DNA from: Candidatus Krumholzibacteriia bacterium | Lineage (GTDB): Bacteria > Krumholzibacteriota > Krumholzibacteriia > Krumholzibacteriales > Krumholzibacteriaceae | Length of the DNA: 64,000 nt | Direction: 5' to 3' | Assembly (NCBI GenBank): GCA_963770685.1 | Contig: CAVYQN010000001.1 | Location: forward strand, 218,650-282,649 | Shown: positions 1 through 10,567 of the stretch, in pieces | Position numbering within the stretch: the first letter of the stretch is position 1 | Layout: each line of letters starts with the position of its first letter | The notes under the pieces: generated by a model | What the model was told of the DNA's origin: nothing | The model's database searches: none | The model's input: only the letters and a program-made list of their open reading frames with translations | Program-made: the position numbers and the translations under genes

Positions 1-554
1 TCCATCATCATGCGCCGCACCGTGTGCGTCCCTATGTCGAATCCACGGTACCCCTCCATGGCCCCGTTTCTTCCCCATGCTATCTCGGTGCTCGTGCCGC
101 CCGGGTCGGCCAGGACGAGCATTCGGGAACCGGGATACAGCGAAGCGGCCCCCTTGAGGCTCATCGCCGCTTCGCCTTCCTGCGAAAGAATCCTCACGGC
201 CATCGAAACGCGGCTTTCCAGCGCGGACTTTATCGCCGGTGAATTCGCCGCGCGGCGCAGGGTATTCGTCGCCACTATCCATGGAGAGCCGCATCCATGG
301 GCGGCCGCATCATCCACCAGTTCCGACAGAAGCGAGGAAGCCCTTTCGATCGCGGAACCCGGTATGCCGCCGTCTTCCCCGAGAAATTCCCCCCATCCCG
401 CGTATTTACGGTTTTCGTGCAGCCGGACGGGGCCGGGCCCGCCACCCAACCCTTCTGAATCCGCCACGAGAAGCCTGAAATAGCTGCTGCCGAGATCTAT
501 GCATCCCGGCCGGTCTTTTTTTGATTTGGATAACCTGTCCGCTTTATTTATCAT
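1..554 (-). CDS. Ppx/GppA family phosphatase (exopolyphosphatase / pppGpp phosphohydrolase), N-terminal part; gene runs off the window start
   Basis: My minus-strand translation from the ATG at 554 gives MINKADRLSKSKKDRPGCIDLGSSYFRLLVADSEG... (Ppx/GppA DLGSNS-type motif), and later ...RMLVLADPGGTSTEIAW... (GGGST-type phosphate-binding motif). It is absent from the ORF track because it is truncated by the window edge. The plus-strand ORFs 10-483 are its Arg/Pro-rich antisense. Confidence 0.55.
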   Translation of the reverse strand, partial: MINKADRLSKSKKDRPGCIDLGSSYFRLLVADSEGLGGGPGPVRLHENRKYAGWGEFLGEDGGIPGSAIERASSLLSELVDDAAAHGCGSPWIVATNTLRRAANSPAIKSALESRVSMAVRILSQEGEAAMSLKGAASLYPGSRMLVLADPGGTSTEIAWGRNGAMEGYRGFDIGTHTVRRMMM

Positions 555-575
555 TTCCCGCAAAAGGAGCCGCTG

Positions 576-1607
576 TTGGAAAAACTCAATATCAAGAACA
601 TGACCGCCACCGAGCTCTCCCTCGTTCTCCGGGAGATGAATGAAAAACACCACCGGACAAGGCAGATAATGCAGTGGCTCTACCAGAAAGGGGCGACAAG
701 CTTCTCGGCAATGTCGAACCTTTCAATCCCCCTGCGCGGGAGGCTGAGCGAAATGTTTCGCATTACCTCGCTCGATGTAGTGCGCAGTGTAGCCTCGAAC
801 GAGGATAAGAGCCAGAAGTTTCTGCTGTCGACGGACGACGGCCTCTTGATCGAATCGGTCATCATGGAGGCGCAGGGGCATTACACGATCTGCATATCGA
901 GCCAGATCGGATGCCCGCTCGGCTGCGCATTCTGCAGCACGGGGTCGGGCGGATTCGAAAGGGATCTCAGGGCCGACGAGATACTCAACCAGATACTCTA
1001 TTTCAGGATCAATCACATACCGGCCGGGCAAAGGTTCAACATCGTCTTCATGGGGATGGGCGATCCGTTCCTCAACATCGAAAATGTCTCCCGCGCCCTC
1101 GCCGTCGTGAACGACATCGACGCGTTCGCGCTGAGGGAAAAGAGAGTCACCGTGAGCACGGCCGGCTTCCCCGGCCGGATCGACGCGATCTCTTCCTCCC
1201 CGTTGAAATTCGGCCTCGCCGTATCCGTCAACGCGACGACCGAAAAGATCCGCTCGGAGCTCATGCCCGGAGCGGGCGGCCTTCGCGAGACCGTCGCGGC
1301 CGCCGAGCGATTCGCCCTCGCGAGAAAGTCGCGCACCACGCTGGAATACGTTCTGATCGAAGATGTCAACGACAGCCCGGAGGACGCCGCCAGGCTGTCC
1401 GCCATGACGGCCGGGAAACCGTTCAAGATCAACCTGATCCCGTTCAACGAATGGGAAGGATGCCCTTTCAGGAGGCCCTCCGAAAAAAGGCTGGAGGAAT
1501 TCATCAGGATCCTGCTTCCAAAGGCGCCGGCCGTAACGGTGAGAAGAAGCCAGGGGAACGACATCAGCGCCGCATGCGGGCAGTTGAGGATGAGGGAAAG
1601 ACCCTGA
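576..1607 (+). CDS. rlmN: 23S rRNA (adenine2503-C2)-methyltransferase RlmN (radical SAM)
   Basis: TTG start at 576 preceded by AAAAGGAG at 563-570. The N-terminal sequence follows the RlmN family pattern, and the radical-SAM CPLGCAFCSTG cluster is present. Length 343 aa. Confidence 0.88.
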   Translation: MEKLNIKNMTATELSLVLREMNEKHHRTRQIMQWLYQKGATSFSAMSNLSIPLRGRLSEMFRITSLDVVRSVASNEDKSQKFLLSTDDGLLIESVIMEAQGHYTICISSQIGCPLGCAFCSTGSGGFERDLRADEILNQILYFRINHIPAGQRFNIVFMGMGDPFLNIENVSRALAVVNDIDAFALREKRVTVSTAGFPGRIDAISSSPLKFGLAVSVNATTEKIRSELMPGAGGLRETVAAAERFALARKSRTTLEYVLIEDVNDSPEDAARLSAMTAGKPFKINLIPFNEWEGCPFRRPSEKRLEEFIRILLPKAPAVTVRRSQGNDISAACGQLRMRERP

Positions 1608-1636
1608 GACGGGAAGCGCAGGCCTTCGGCGGCCCT

Positions 1637-2719
1637 TTACTTGAGCATGATCATCTTGCCTGTTTCGAGGATTCCTCCGCGTCTCACGGAATAGAAGTAG
1701 ACGCCGCTTCCAGCCGGTGAACCGCCGTCATTCCTGCCGTCCCACGCCACTTCGAGCCGGTCCCCAGCCACGCTTCCCCGGTAAAGGCGCCTTACCAGCC
1801 TTCCATCCACGTCGTACACGACGATTTCGGCTTCGCCCCCGGCCGCCCCTTCTTCGAAATCCACCCGGATCGTCGTCGCCGGGTTGAACGGGTTGGGATA
1901 GTTGGAAAGGGCGACGATTCCTCCGGCATCCGGCAGGGCCGAGCCGCCGGCTCCGGCGATCACGGTCGAGACGAGCGACACGATGAACTCGTCGAGCCCC
2001 CGCACCTCGGTTCGGAAGCGGCAGATCGGGATTTTCGATCGTTCCCGAGTACCTCGCCGCCTCCCCGCCGAAGAGGAACCTGAAATCCTCGGCGAAGATC
2101 TCCCTCGGCCTGTCGGCGTGCACCGCCGTCGGGCGGAACTTATCCTCGTCGAGGATGTCCCTCAGGGACATGTACTCGTTCCATCTTCCCGTATCCCCGT
2201 CGGGCAGGTAATTTTCCTGCACGCAGTGCCCGAATTCATGCGTCACGGTATAAGCCGTCAATTCGTACCCCGGCTCGAAAACCCCGGGAGATAGGAAGAT
2301 CGTCGTGCCGACGGTCGAACTGGAGAGCAGGAATCTTCTCGGAAGGGGGAGAATGTAAATCTCGACGTCGATCTCCACCGGAGCGCCGCCGACTTCGATC
2401 TCCCTTAAAGCCGAAGCGACATATTCCAGGTCAAAGGGGTGGAAACTCCCGTCTCCCTTGTTGAATATCGCCGGATCGGAAATATCCTCGATCAGGATAT
2501 AGGAAGCTGCCCCCCGGCATTTCGAATATCAGCCGGCCGTCCGCGTCGCGCCTCGTCATCTTCTCCATGATCGCCTCAGGCTCATGGATTCTGGCGGTAA
2601 TACCGTTTTCCAGGTAGCGGAACTGGGGAATTTCCTCCGAATGAAGATCGGCCGGAATGGCGGTCAGGCACATCGCGAAGCAGGACTAGTAAAATTGTTA
2701 TGCTATTTCTTTTCAACAT
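1637..2719 (-). pseudogene. T9SS C-terminal-domain zinc metalloprotease (HEFGH), reading frame broken in at least 3 places (indel errors or a real pseudogene)
   Basis: Three consecutive minus-strand ORFs (2431-2673, 1728-2378, 1637-2005) in different frames. The middle one carries VTHEFGHCV. The last one is a Por-secretion C-terminal sorting domain (NPFNPATTIRVDF...VYDVDGRLVRRLY...WDGRNDGGSPAGSGVYFY). A short upstream frame from the ATG at 2719 encodes a signal-peptide-like MLKRNSITILLVLL, implying a further frame break near 2680-2700. Confidence 0.5.
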
Positions 2720-2995
2720 ATTACTGCCTGTTTTCTGACACCCGTTCCTAAACCGGGGTCTATCCCGGCCTTAATCGGGGACTGCAACCGCTGTTCCCTG
2801 AAGCAAAAAGGAGGAGTTGAAACGGCTGTCGATGGGTCGAATCGGGCCGCAGCGGAATGCGGGCATTCAGGTCTCTCGGCAACTCATTTAATTTTCAATA
2901 TCTTATTTCGATGGCAAGAAATCGCACAAATCCAGTCACGGGATTATTAAGAATTTCTTTCGATTTATTTTCAATGGAGACAACCGGATCTTGAA

Positions 2996-3018
2996 GGAAA
3001 AACGGGGATTTTTCCCCG
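2996..3018 (-). terminator. Rho-independent terminator downstream of the Omp85-family gene
   Basis: CGGGGA-TTTT-TCCCCG hairpin at 3003-3018. On the minus strand it is followed by a TTTTT tract (plus-strand AAAAA at 2998-3002). Lies in an AT-rich spacer. Confidence 0.5.
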
Positions 3019-3144
3019 AATAGTAAGAGATCGAAGAATGGATTTTAAGACTTATTATTATTTATTACAACACGTTACACTAAATTTTCAGGTGGTGGGA
3101 AAATGTCCCCAGAAATTCGGGACATTATCTTGCCGTTATTTCGA

Positions 3145-4630
3145 TCAGAATCTGGTCCTTGAGGTTACGTAGAAAGAAGGCGCGTTGCCCTGGCTGAATG
3201 CCGCCTCGAATCGCATGATGTTCTGGATTGGAGAGATCACCTCGAAACCGAAACCGCACGATGAATAGAAGCGGGCGTATTCAAGGTCCGGAAGGTTCTC
3301 GACAACCGTTCCGTTATCGACGAAGGTGACGGCGTTCACGGCGAAATCGAATTTCCCGATTACGGGCAGTTTGAATAACTCCGGGCCGTAGATCCTTTTT
3401 CTCCACTGGAGCGATTCGGTAACCTTGAAAAACCCGCTGACGTCGTTGTTGGAGAATCCGCGAAGATCTGTCTTGCCCCCGAGTTTCATCCTGTAAAAAG
3501 ACGGCAGGTCGCCCTCCCTGTCGTCCACGCTGATCCCCATTATGAGGGTCCCGTATTTATCGAAAGGCACGTAAACATTCCCCGTGAAATCATAAAATGT
3601 GTACTGCTGATTTTCCCCGTGAATGCTGAAGTAGCGCAGGAGCTCAAAGCCGGTGTAGACGCCCCTGAAAGGCGCGACAAGGTTATCCCTGCTGTCATAG
3701 AATACGAGGAATCCATAGCTCATGAGCAGCTGCCTGAAGAATATCCCTTCGGGGCCGGTCGTGTTTCCGGGAAGGGTCATCCTCGAGACACGTTCTTCGA
3801 CGGCCAGTTCCGGAGTAAGCCACAACTGCCTTATCAGGCTTCGCGTAAGGGGGAATCCGACGGCGGCCTTGGCGCCGTTGCTCTCCTTGATGAAATCGCC
3901 GAGCTCGGGCTGGTCCATTCTGTAATATGAAAAGAGGCTGAGGCCGGCCCTGAGCCTGAAATCCCACAACCAGGGAGCCGACCATGTGATCCCGCCGTAC
4001 CTCTCTTTTTCCGGCCTTCCCTTGTAGGTCAGCAGGAGATCCTCCCCGGCGCCCCTGAAGTTCTTCACTCTCCATCTGAACCCGTAGGTCACGCCGAGGT
4101 CTATGCTGTAATCGACGGTCGGGAAAGGATATTTCATGAAAAGCCCGGGACGTTCCTCCACCCTTACATCGACGGCGCATCTGCCGTCCGGCCGAAGGCC
4201 GCACCGTTATCTCCACGACCGAGAAGTAACCCATCCCCCTGAGGTACGAATTGTCCCTGAGCACAAAGGCTTCATCGAGCCTCTCCCCCTGACGGGTGGC
4301 CATCTCGCGGATTATCGTCTTGCGATTCGTGTGCTCGTTTCCCGTGACCGTTATCGTGTCGACGATGCACCCCGAAAACGGACGGACGGCTTCAACGATT
4401 TCCGAAGGATCGGACGATCGGAGATCGTCCATCCCATTACACGAACCGAATCCGAATTTACGCGCGAGGGATTCAAGGGCGGTCGGAGCCTGTTCTTTCT
4501 TCCCCTCAACCGCCGGGGAGACAGCCGCCGCGCCTGCCTCCATCCCGGCATCCCCGGAGGCATGGAGAAAGGTTCCATGGGCCAATATCGCGACAAAGAT
4601 TGGAAAGGATGGGATGATTCTGAATTTCAA
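3145..4630 (-). CDS. Omp85-family outer membrane protein (BamA/TamA-like: signal peptide, POTRA, 16-strand barrel with C-terminal Phe); frame break near 4165-4200
   Basis: ORF 3695-4630 has signal peptide MKFRIIPSFPIFVAILA and a POTRA-like segment (VDTITVTGNEHTNRKTIIREMATRQGERLDEAFVLRDNSYLRGMGYF) before it dissolves into an Arg-rich frame. ORF 3145-4161 in another frame is a beta-barrel ending ...YVTSRTRF. The two parts are joined by one frameshift. Confidence 0.65.
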
Positions 4631-4723
4631 AATGCCGAGACTCCGGATCCTCAGGCCTGGGTATATGATTTACACGCCGTAAGATAATAGGGCGTCCCGG
4701 TCCTGTAAAGGGCTATGATCGCC

Positions 4724-5752
4724 CTATTCCGGCAGTTTCGGCTTTTCCCTGTGATCATGAAGACCCGCTTTGGAGACGATGAACGCCCCGGTCCCGGCGA
4801 AAGCGGCGATTATATTGATCAAAACGCCGACCCCCCTCAAAAGGGCCGCGCCGAAGAAAATCGGGTTTAAAAACATGACCGCCGACAGCAGCCCGGGCAC
4901 CGAAAGCAGGAAGAAACCGATGAATCCCTTCATGAACAGGGAATCGGTGCCGATGTTGAATTTACTCGCGACGGCACGCCCGAGGGCGAGGGAACTGGCG
5001 AAATACCCCATGATGATAAGAGCCACGTAAGAAAGGATTATCAGTATCGCCACCGGGATTCCGATTATCGTTATGCTGAGGATCACCGCGACGATCGCCA
5101 TGACGACGCCGCCGAAGACAATCGACAGCACTCCGACACCGAACGATTTCATGAAGGATCCGAAAACGAAATCGGAGGACTTCCTCATCCTTTCCGGAAG
5201 GAAATATATTATAAGAAGGATCGCCAGCGTGCCGACGATGAAGCTGACTATCTTGGCCAGGGCGTTGAACAATCCGCTGCCGAATTTCGAGATGAACGGG
5301 ACCCCGACAAAATTGTGAGCCCCGCCGACCACGACGGTCTGCCCCCTCACGTTCGCGTTCTCATCCTCGTCGAGGCTTCCGAGAACCGTCACGACCTCGC
5401 CGTTCACGATGGCGCCCGCGGTTATCTTGATATCGCCCAGGATGCTGACCACGTCCCCGGTGACCTTCCCTTCGACCGTCACGTCGCCGAAGATGGCGAC
5501 GACATCGCCCCGCACCATCTCGTGCCTGCCTATATGAATATCCTCGCCGAAACGTACAAGCTGGTCGCTGCGAATGACGCGGAAATTCCGCTCGTCCAGG
5601 TCGAGGCTTCCGCTGTCCGAGGCCAGGTCGACGGCGCCATCCAGTATCAGGTTCAATTCCTCGCTGTTGAGGGCGTCTTCAAGGCCTTTTGCCAGCTCCT
5701 CGGTGTTCATGTGCAGGAAGACCTCTTCGCCGTCCTCGGAACCCACCTTCAC
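4724..5752 (-). CDS. Bactofilin-like (polymer-forming cytoskeletal repeat) domain protein with C-terminal multi-pass membrane domain
   Basis: GDVVAIFGDVTVEGKVTGDVVSILGDIKITAGAIVNGEVVTVLG beta-helical repeat typical of bactofilins, followed by about 5 hydrophobic helices. GTG start at 5752. The 5' end is uncertain (see the small ORF upstream). Confidence 0.55.
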   Translation of the reverse strand: MKVGSEDGEEVFLHMNTEELAKGLEDALNSEELNLILDGAVDLASDSGSLDLDERNFRVIRSDQLVRFGEDIHIGRHEMVRGDVVAIFGDVTVEGKVTGDVVSILGDIKITAGAIVNGEVVTVLGSLDEDENANVRGQTVVVGGAHNFVGVPFISKFGSGLFNALAKIVSFIVGTLAILLIIYFLPERMRKSSDFVFGSFMKSFGVGVLSIVFGGVVMAIVAVILSITIIGIPVAILIILSYVALIIMGYFASSLALGRAVASKFNIGTDSLFMKGFIGFFLLSVPGLLSAVMFLNPIFFGAALLRGVGVLINIIAAFAGTGAFIVSKAGLHDHREKPKLPE

Positions 5753-5830
5753 GCCTTTGTCGGAAATCGATATCTTGATGCTCTTTGTCCTTGACGCCGG
5801 AAGGTTTTTTCGCCAGATCCTTGTATTTCC

Positions 5831-6058
5831 TTATCTCCGGCTCTTCGTTCCTGGAGGGCTGTTTCGGAGCGGCCGGTCTGAGCGTATCCTGCGCAGCCGT
5901 GGTTTCCGTCCCGGATGCGGCGGGATCATTCCCCTAGTCTCGGATTGCGCAAAGATGGAAACTACCGGAGAGACGGCGTGACTGACGGTTCGCACAGCCT
6001 GCCCGGCGCCCAGGGCGAAAAGGACACAGATCACGGGAATGATTTTAGCGGCTACCAT
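5831..6058 (-). CDS. Small ORF with N-terminal signal/anchor sequence, stop-start coupled to the anti-sigma gene; possibly the true N-terminus of the bactofilin-like protein
   Basis: The ATG at 6058 lies 1 nt after the anti-sigma stop (TAA at 6060-6062). It encodes MVAAKIIPVICVLFALGAGQA..., and the remainder is Arg/Pro-rich and unconvincing. A third frame here encodes a linker-like TETTAAQDTLRPAAPKQPSRNEEPEIRKYKDL. Confidence 0.3.
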   Translation of the reverse strand: MVAAKIIPVICVLFALGAGQAVRTVSHAVSPVVSIFAQSETRGMIPPHPGRKPRLRRIRSDRPLRNSPPGTKSRR

Positions 6059-6059
6059 G

Positions 6060-6707
6060 TTAAAAAACGCCAGCATGGGTGTCTCCTTTTTTCCAGGCGC
6101 CCCGCGCGATTCTGATGGCGACATACGTGATGACGGCCATCGCGATAATTGTCAGCCCGATATGCGCCAGCGGCATACCCGCTATCTGTCTCTGCATCGT
6201 CTTGAAAAGGACCCTGCCCGCCACCCTGTATCTTTCGACCGTGCTCGCGTAATCGACAAGGAGCGACGGATCGTCGATCGTCTTTCTCGCGAAATAAAGA
6301 CCTGCTCCGGCAAGTTCCGCGAGTCTTTTCCCGGCTGACGCCATCACATAGAGGAACGGCGTATAAATGGCCGTGAAAAGGGCGAACACCGCCGCCGAGA
6401 TTCCGGTGACCCTGACCGGGGATGGGAGCCCTTCCCAGAAATCTCCGAGCAGATTCAGGGCTTTTTTCAGCGGCGTGACCCTGTATCTGGCGACGTTGAC
6501 ATGCGCCATGACATTGCGGTCGAAATCCGCCGAAGGCTCGTACAGCTCCATCTTTTCAAGGGCGCCGAACACTCCGGCGAACTGGCTGTCGATCCGCCGG
6601 CAGGCGCCGCATCCGCGAAGATGGTTCTCGTACTCCGCCGTCGCGGCTGGATCGAGCGCGCCGTCATGGTACTTCTGCACAAGCATTCTGAAAATGTGAC
6701 ACTTCAT
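6060..6707 (-). CDS. Anti-sigma factor, zf-HC2 zinc-finger type, with transmembrane segments
   Basis: N-terminal H-x3-C-x2-C (HLRGCGACRR) zf-HC2 motif, then hydrophobic helices. Lies in the operon with the ECF sigma gene. Confidence 0.7.
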   Translation of the reverse strand: MKCHIFRMLVQKYHDGALDPAATAEYENHLRGCGACRRIDSQFAGVFGALEKMELYEPSADFDRNVMAHVNVARYRVTPLKKALNLLGDFWEGLPSPVRVTGISAAVFALFTAIYTPFLYVMASAGKRLAELAGAGLYFARKTIDDPSLLVDYASTVERYRVAGRVLFKTMQRQIAGMPLAHIGLTIIAMAVITYVAIRIARGAWKKGDTHAGVF

Positions 6708-6713
6708 GCGGGT

Positions 6714-7799
6714 CTACCCCTCGCTCTCTTCAATGCCTATATTGCCGCTCGCTGTCTCCATGAAGATCTTGGCCTTCCCTTCCCTCACCACTCCCGAGAT
6801 ATTGTTTCTGCCGACCTTTCGGATATCGATCGGCAGATGCACCGAGATTTCACCCGATGTCGTCCCGGCGTCGAGCGTATAGCCGCCCTCCATCAGGGTC
6901 AGGAATCTCAGGAATATATCCCCGCTGGAGGCGGTAATCCTGTAATCGACGCTTTTCTCCGGCTTCACCCTGAAGGCCGTGGACCCGCTGGCGGTCGAAG
7001 CGTTTATGCTTCCCCTGACATCCACGAACTTCGCTTCGGCGCTTATTCCCCTGTAATCCAGATCGCCGACGCCGTCGACGATCACGGTGCCGTATTCAAT
7101 CCTGCATTTCAGGCTGCCGCCTATTTCGGCCAGTTCCATCCTGCCCGAGGCGGTTTCGGCGGTGACGTTCCCCGATATATTCTTCGCGAATATCCTGCCG
7201 CTCAGCGTTTTGAGATCCGCGTCGCCGGCGATATCCATCGCTCCGATGCTTCCGGCCGAGACGGTGGAGACGATATTCCCGCCTATGCTCCGCATCTCCA
7301 CATCCCCGCTCGACGCGTCGGCCTCGACATCGGCGTTCATGCCTGATATCGATATCTTCCCGCTTGCCGTCGTCACATCCGCGCCGATCTCTTCTGGAAG
7401 AATTATTTCGAGTTCCATCCTGATTCCCGACTGCCTCTTCACCAGGAACGCGATCAAATTCCTCTTCACCTGATAATTTTTCGGGTATATCGTCTCCAGC
7501 TTTATCGTATCGCCCGACCTTGTGACCTTTACTTCCATCTGCCTGATTATTTCCCCCGCCTCGTCCTCGTTTTCCACACTTCCGCTCTTGATCGTCTTCA
7601 GAAATATATCTTTCCTGCCCGCTTCGCCGGTTATCGATATGTTGCCGTTGATCCCCAGTATGACGACCTTTTTCGCGCCGCCGATCTCGATCACGCGGGA
7701 ATCGGTCTCCGTGAAGGCGCGAGCCGACACCGCGTCCCCGGGCGCGCACAGCACGGCCATGGAGGCGATGACAGCCGCTGTTTTCACGAATTTCAACAT
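6714..7799 (-). CDS. DUF4097 (putative adhesin) repeat protein, secreted
   Basis: The internal ATG at 7799 has a strong RBS (GAGGGAGG) and the signal peptide MLKFVKTAAVIASMAVLCAPG. The body has repetitive G-x-I/V beta-strand repeats (SGDVEM, SGNV, SGDIFL) typical of DUF4097 proteins encoded next to anti-sigma factors. Confidence 0.6.
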   Translation of the reverse strand: MLKFVKTAAVIASMAVLCAPGDAVSARAFTETDSRVIEIGGAKKVVILGINGNISITGEAGRKDIFLKTIKSGSVENEDEAGEIIRQMEVKVTRSGDTIKLETIYPKNYQVKRNLIAFLVKRQSGIRMELEIILPEEIGADVTTASGKISISGMNADVEADASSGDVEMRSIGGNIVSTVSAGSIGAMDIAGDADLKTLSGRIFAKNISGNVTAETASGRMELAEIGGSLKCRIEYGTVIVDGVGDLDYRGISAEAKFVDVRGSINASTASGSTAFRVKPEKSVDYRITASSGDIFLRFLTLMEGGYTLDAGTTSGEISVHLPIDIRKVGRNNISGVVREGKAKIFMETASGNIGIEESEG

Positions 7800-7812
7800 C
7801 CTTGCGCCTCCC

Positions 7813-8418
7813 TCATTCGGAATCCTCAACGATCGCCCCGTCATCCTCGACGAGTCCCCTTTGAACGAAAATTTCCTTTATCATGTTCCTGGCCCTGTGA
7901 ATCCTCGCCTTGACCGTGCCGAGGGGGATCCCCAGGTTGTCCGATATCTCCTCGTACGACAGCTGCTCCTGGTGCCTGAGAATCACTATGATCCTGTAGT
8001 GTTCAGGAAGAGCGGCCATCGCCTGGTCCAGCATCTCCATCATCTCCCTGTTTTCAATCTCCCTGTCGGGATTGACGGTGTCCGCCGGTATCTGGCGGGA
8101 CATCTCGCCATCCGTGCCGGCGACAGGCTCATCGATGGAAACGATGCCGCTTTTTCTGCGGCGTATGAAATCGATGCAAAGATTCGACGTGATCCTGTAC
8201 AGCCAGCTCGAAAAAGGGTACGCAGGATTGTACCTGTCGAGAACGTTGAACGTCCTGATGAAAACATCCTGGGCAAGGTCTTCCGCGTCCGAATGGTTTC
8301 GAACCATCCGCATGCAGATGCTGAAGACCGGGTTCCGGTATTTGACCAGGAGTTCTTCAAAGGCTTTCCCATCTCCTTTCAGGCACCGTTCGACAAGATT
8401 TGCATCTTCATGCTTCAA
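7813..8418 (-). CDS. ECF-family RNA polymerase sigma-70 factor
   Basis: 201 aa with sigma region 2 (DLAQDVFIRTF...YPFSSWLYRITSNLCIDFIRRR) and region 4 (LSYEEISDNLGIPLGTVKARIHRAR). Confidence 0.85.
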   Translation of the reverse strand: MKHEDANLVERCLKGDGKAFEELLVKYRNPVFSICMRMVRNHSDAEDLAQDVFIRTFNVLDRYNPAYPFSSWLYRITSNLCIDFIRRRKSGIVSIDEPVAGTDGEMSRQIPADTVNPDREIENREMMEMLDQAMAALPEHYRIIVILRHQEQLSYEEISDNLGIPLGTVKARIHRARNMIKEIFVQRGLVEDDGAIVEDSE

Positions 8419-8433
8419 CGCTTACACCTTGAG

Positions 8434-8459
8434 TACGGGAAGGGGTGAATATTGTTTCC
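8434..8459 (-). promoter_or_regulatory. ECF-type promoter motif GGAAAC-N16-CGTA upstream of the sigma gene (probable autoregulation)
   Basis: The minus strand reads GGAAAC aatattcaccccttcc CGTA, about 16 nt upstream of the ATG at 8418, with AAGGTG as RBS. It matches the AAC...CGT architecture of sigE/sigW-type ECF promoters. Confidence 0.45.
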
Positions 8460-8613
8460 CCCGCGAACCTATCTTTTTACAAATAATAAAATTGCATGCG
8501 CCGCGTGAAAAGATAGCAGGATCGGCCCGTAGTGAAAAGCCGAATTTGGCAACGCCTTCATATTCAACGCATTATATTATTCGGGCGGGCGGAGTGCCAT
8601 CGATCAATTTCTC

Positions 8614-8642
8614 TTGACACCCAGCCTTCAGAAAACTAGACT
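8614..8642 (+). promoter_or_regulatory. Sigma-70-like promoter for eno (TTGACA-17-TAGACT)
   Basis: TTGACA at 8614-8619, a 17-nt spacer, and TAGACT at 8637-8642, about 60 nt upstream of the enolase ATG. Confidence 0.4.
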
Positions 8643-8657
8643 CGCTGCTGGGTTTGA

Positions 8658-10001
<1,344 letters not shown>

Positions 10002-10030
10002 CGCGATGCCGGCAAACTCTGGAGGAACCG

Positions 10031-10432
10031 ATGAAAAGTCTCTGGGGACAGGGTAACAGGTATCTTAGGGTAAACAGGAAGAATATCGAGGTAAGCCCGC
10101 ATTTCGCAAAGCTGGTCTTCGCGGGGCTGATCGTGCTCCTCGCGATGATCTTCGTCGCCGGGGACGTCGGGCTGTGGAATCTCTGGCGCGCGCAGAACCG
10201 ACTCGAGAAGATAAAGAGCGACATAACCAGGCTCGAGACGGAAACGCAGTATCTCAGGATACAGAACAAAGCGCTGAAAACGGATCCCTTCGCCATCGAG
10301 AAGGTCGCGAGGGAAAGGTACGGCTACCTGCGCTCGGGCGAAAAGGTTTTCAGGATAATCACGCTTCCCTCCGGAGAAGAAAATTCGAAAATAATACCGA
10401 GTTCTCTTGACATGGAAGGCGCGGGCCGATAA
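10031..10432 (+). CDS. ftsB: Cell division protein FtsB/DivIC (septum formation initiator)
   Basis: ATG at 10031 after GGAGGA. One TM helix, a coiled coil, then DPFAIEKVARERYGYLRSGEKVFRI. The eno-ftsB gene order is conserved in many bacteria. The ORF-track version (9590-10432) is an artefactual upstream extension. Confidence 0.8.
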   Translation: MKSLWGQGNRYLRVNRKNIEVSPHFAKLVFAGLIVLLAMIFVAGDVGLWNLWRAQNRLEKIKSDITRLETETQYLRIQNKALKTDPFAIEKVARERYGYLRSGEKVFRIITLPSGEENSKIIPSSLDMEGAGR

Positions 10433-10450
10433 TATTGCTGCAGGATTTGA

Positions 10451-10527
<77 letters not shown>

Positions 10528-10535
10528 AAAGGAAA

Positions 10536-10566
10536 GCATCCGGGCTTCAGGGCCTGGGTGCTTTTT
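10536..10566. terminator. Hairpin plus T-tract between the convergent tRNA and the PHP-domain gene
   Basis: GCATCC-G-GGC-ttcagg-GCC-T-GGGTGC followed by TTTTT (10562-10566). It is T/A-rich on both flanks, so it could terminate both strands. Confidence 0.45.
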
Positions 10567-10567
10567 G

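Noticed and set aside
10-483. Plus-strand ORFs 10-483, 24-242 and 239-478 at the window start
   Set aside because: All are Arg/Pro/Ser-rich. The minus strand over the same span encodes a recognisable Ppx/GppA N-terminus (DLGSS..., GGTSTEIA), which explains the open antisense frames.
1608-1636. Possible hairpin between convergent rlmN and the protease gene
   Set aside because: Only a 3-bp GCC/GGC stem with no T tract. Too weak to call a terminator.
911-1720. 269-aa plus-strand ORF overlapping rlmN in another frame
   Set aside because: Extremely Arg-rich. rlmN in the primary frame has the radical-SAM signature. This is a spurious overlapping frame.
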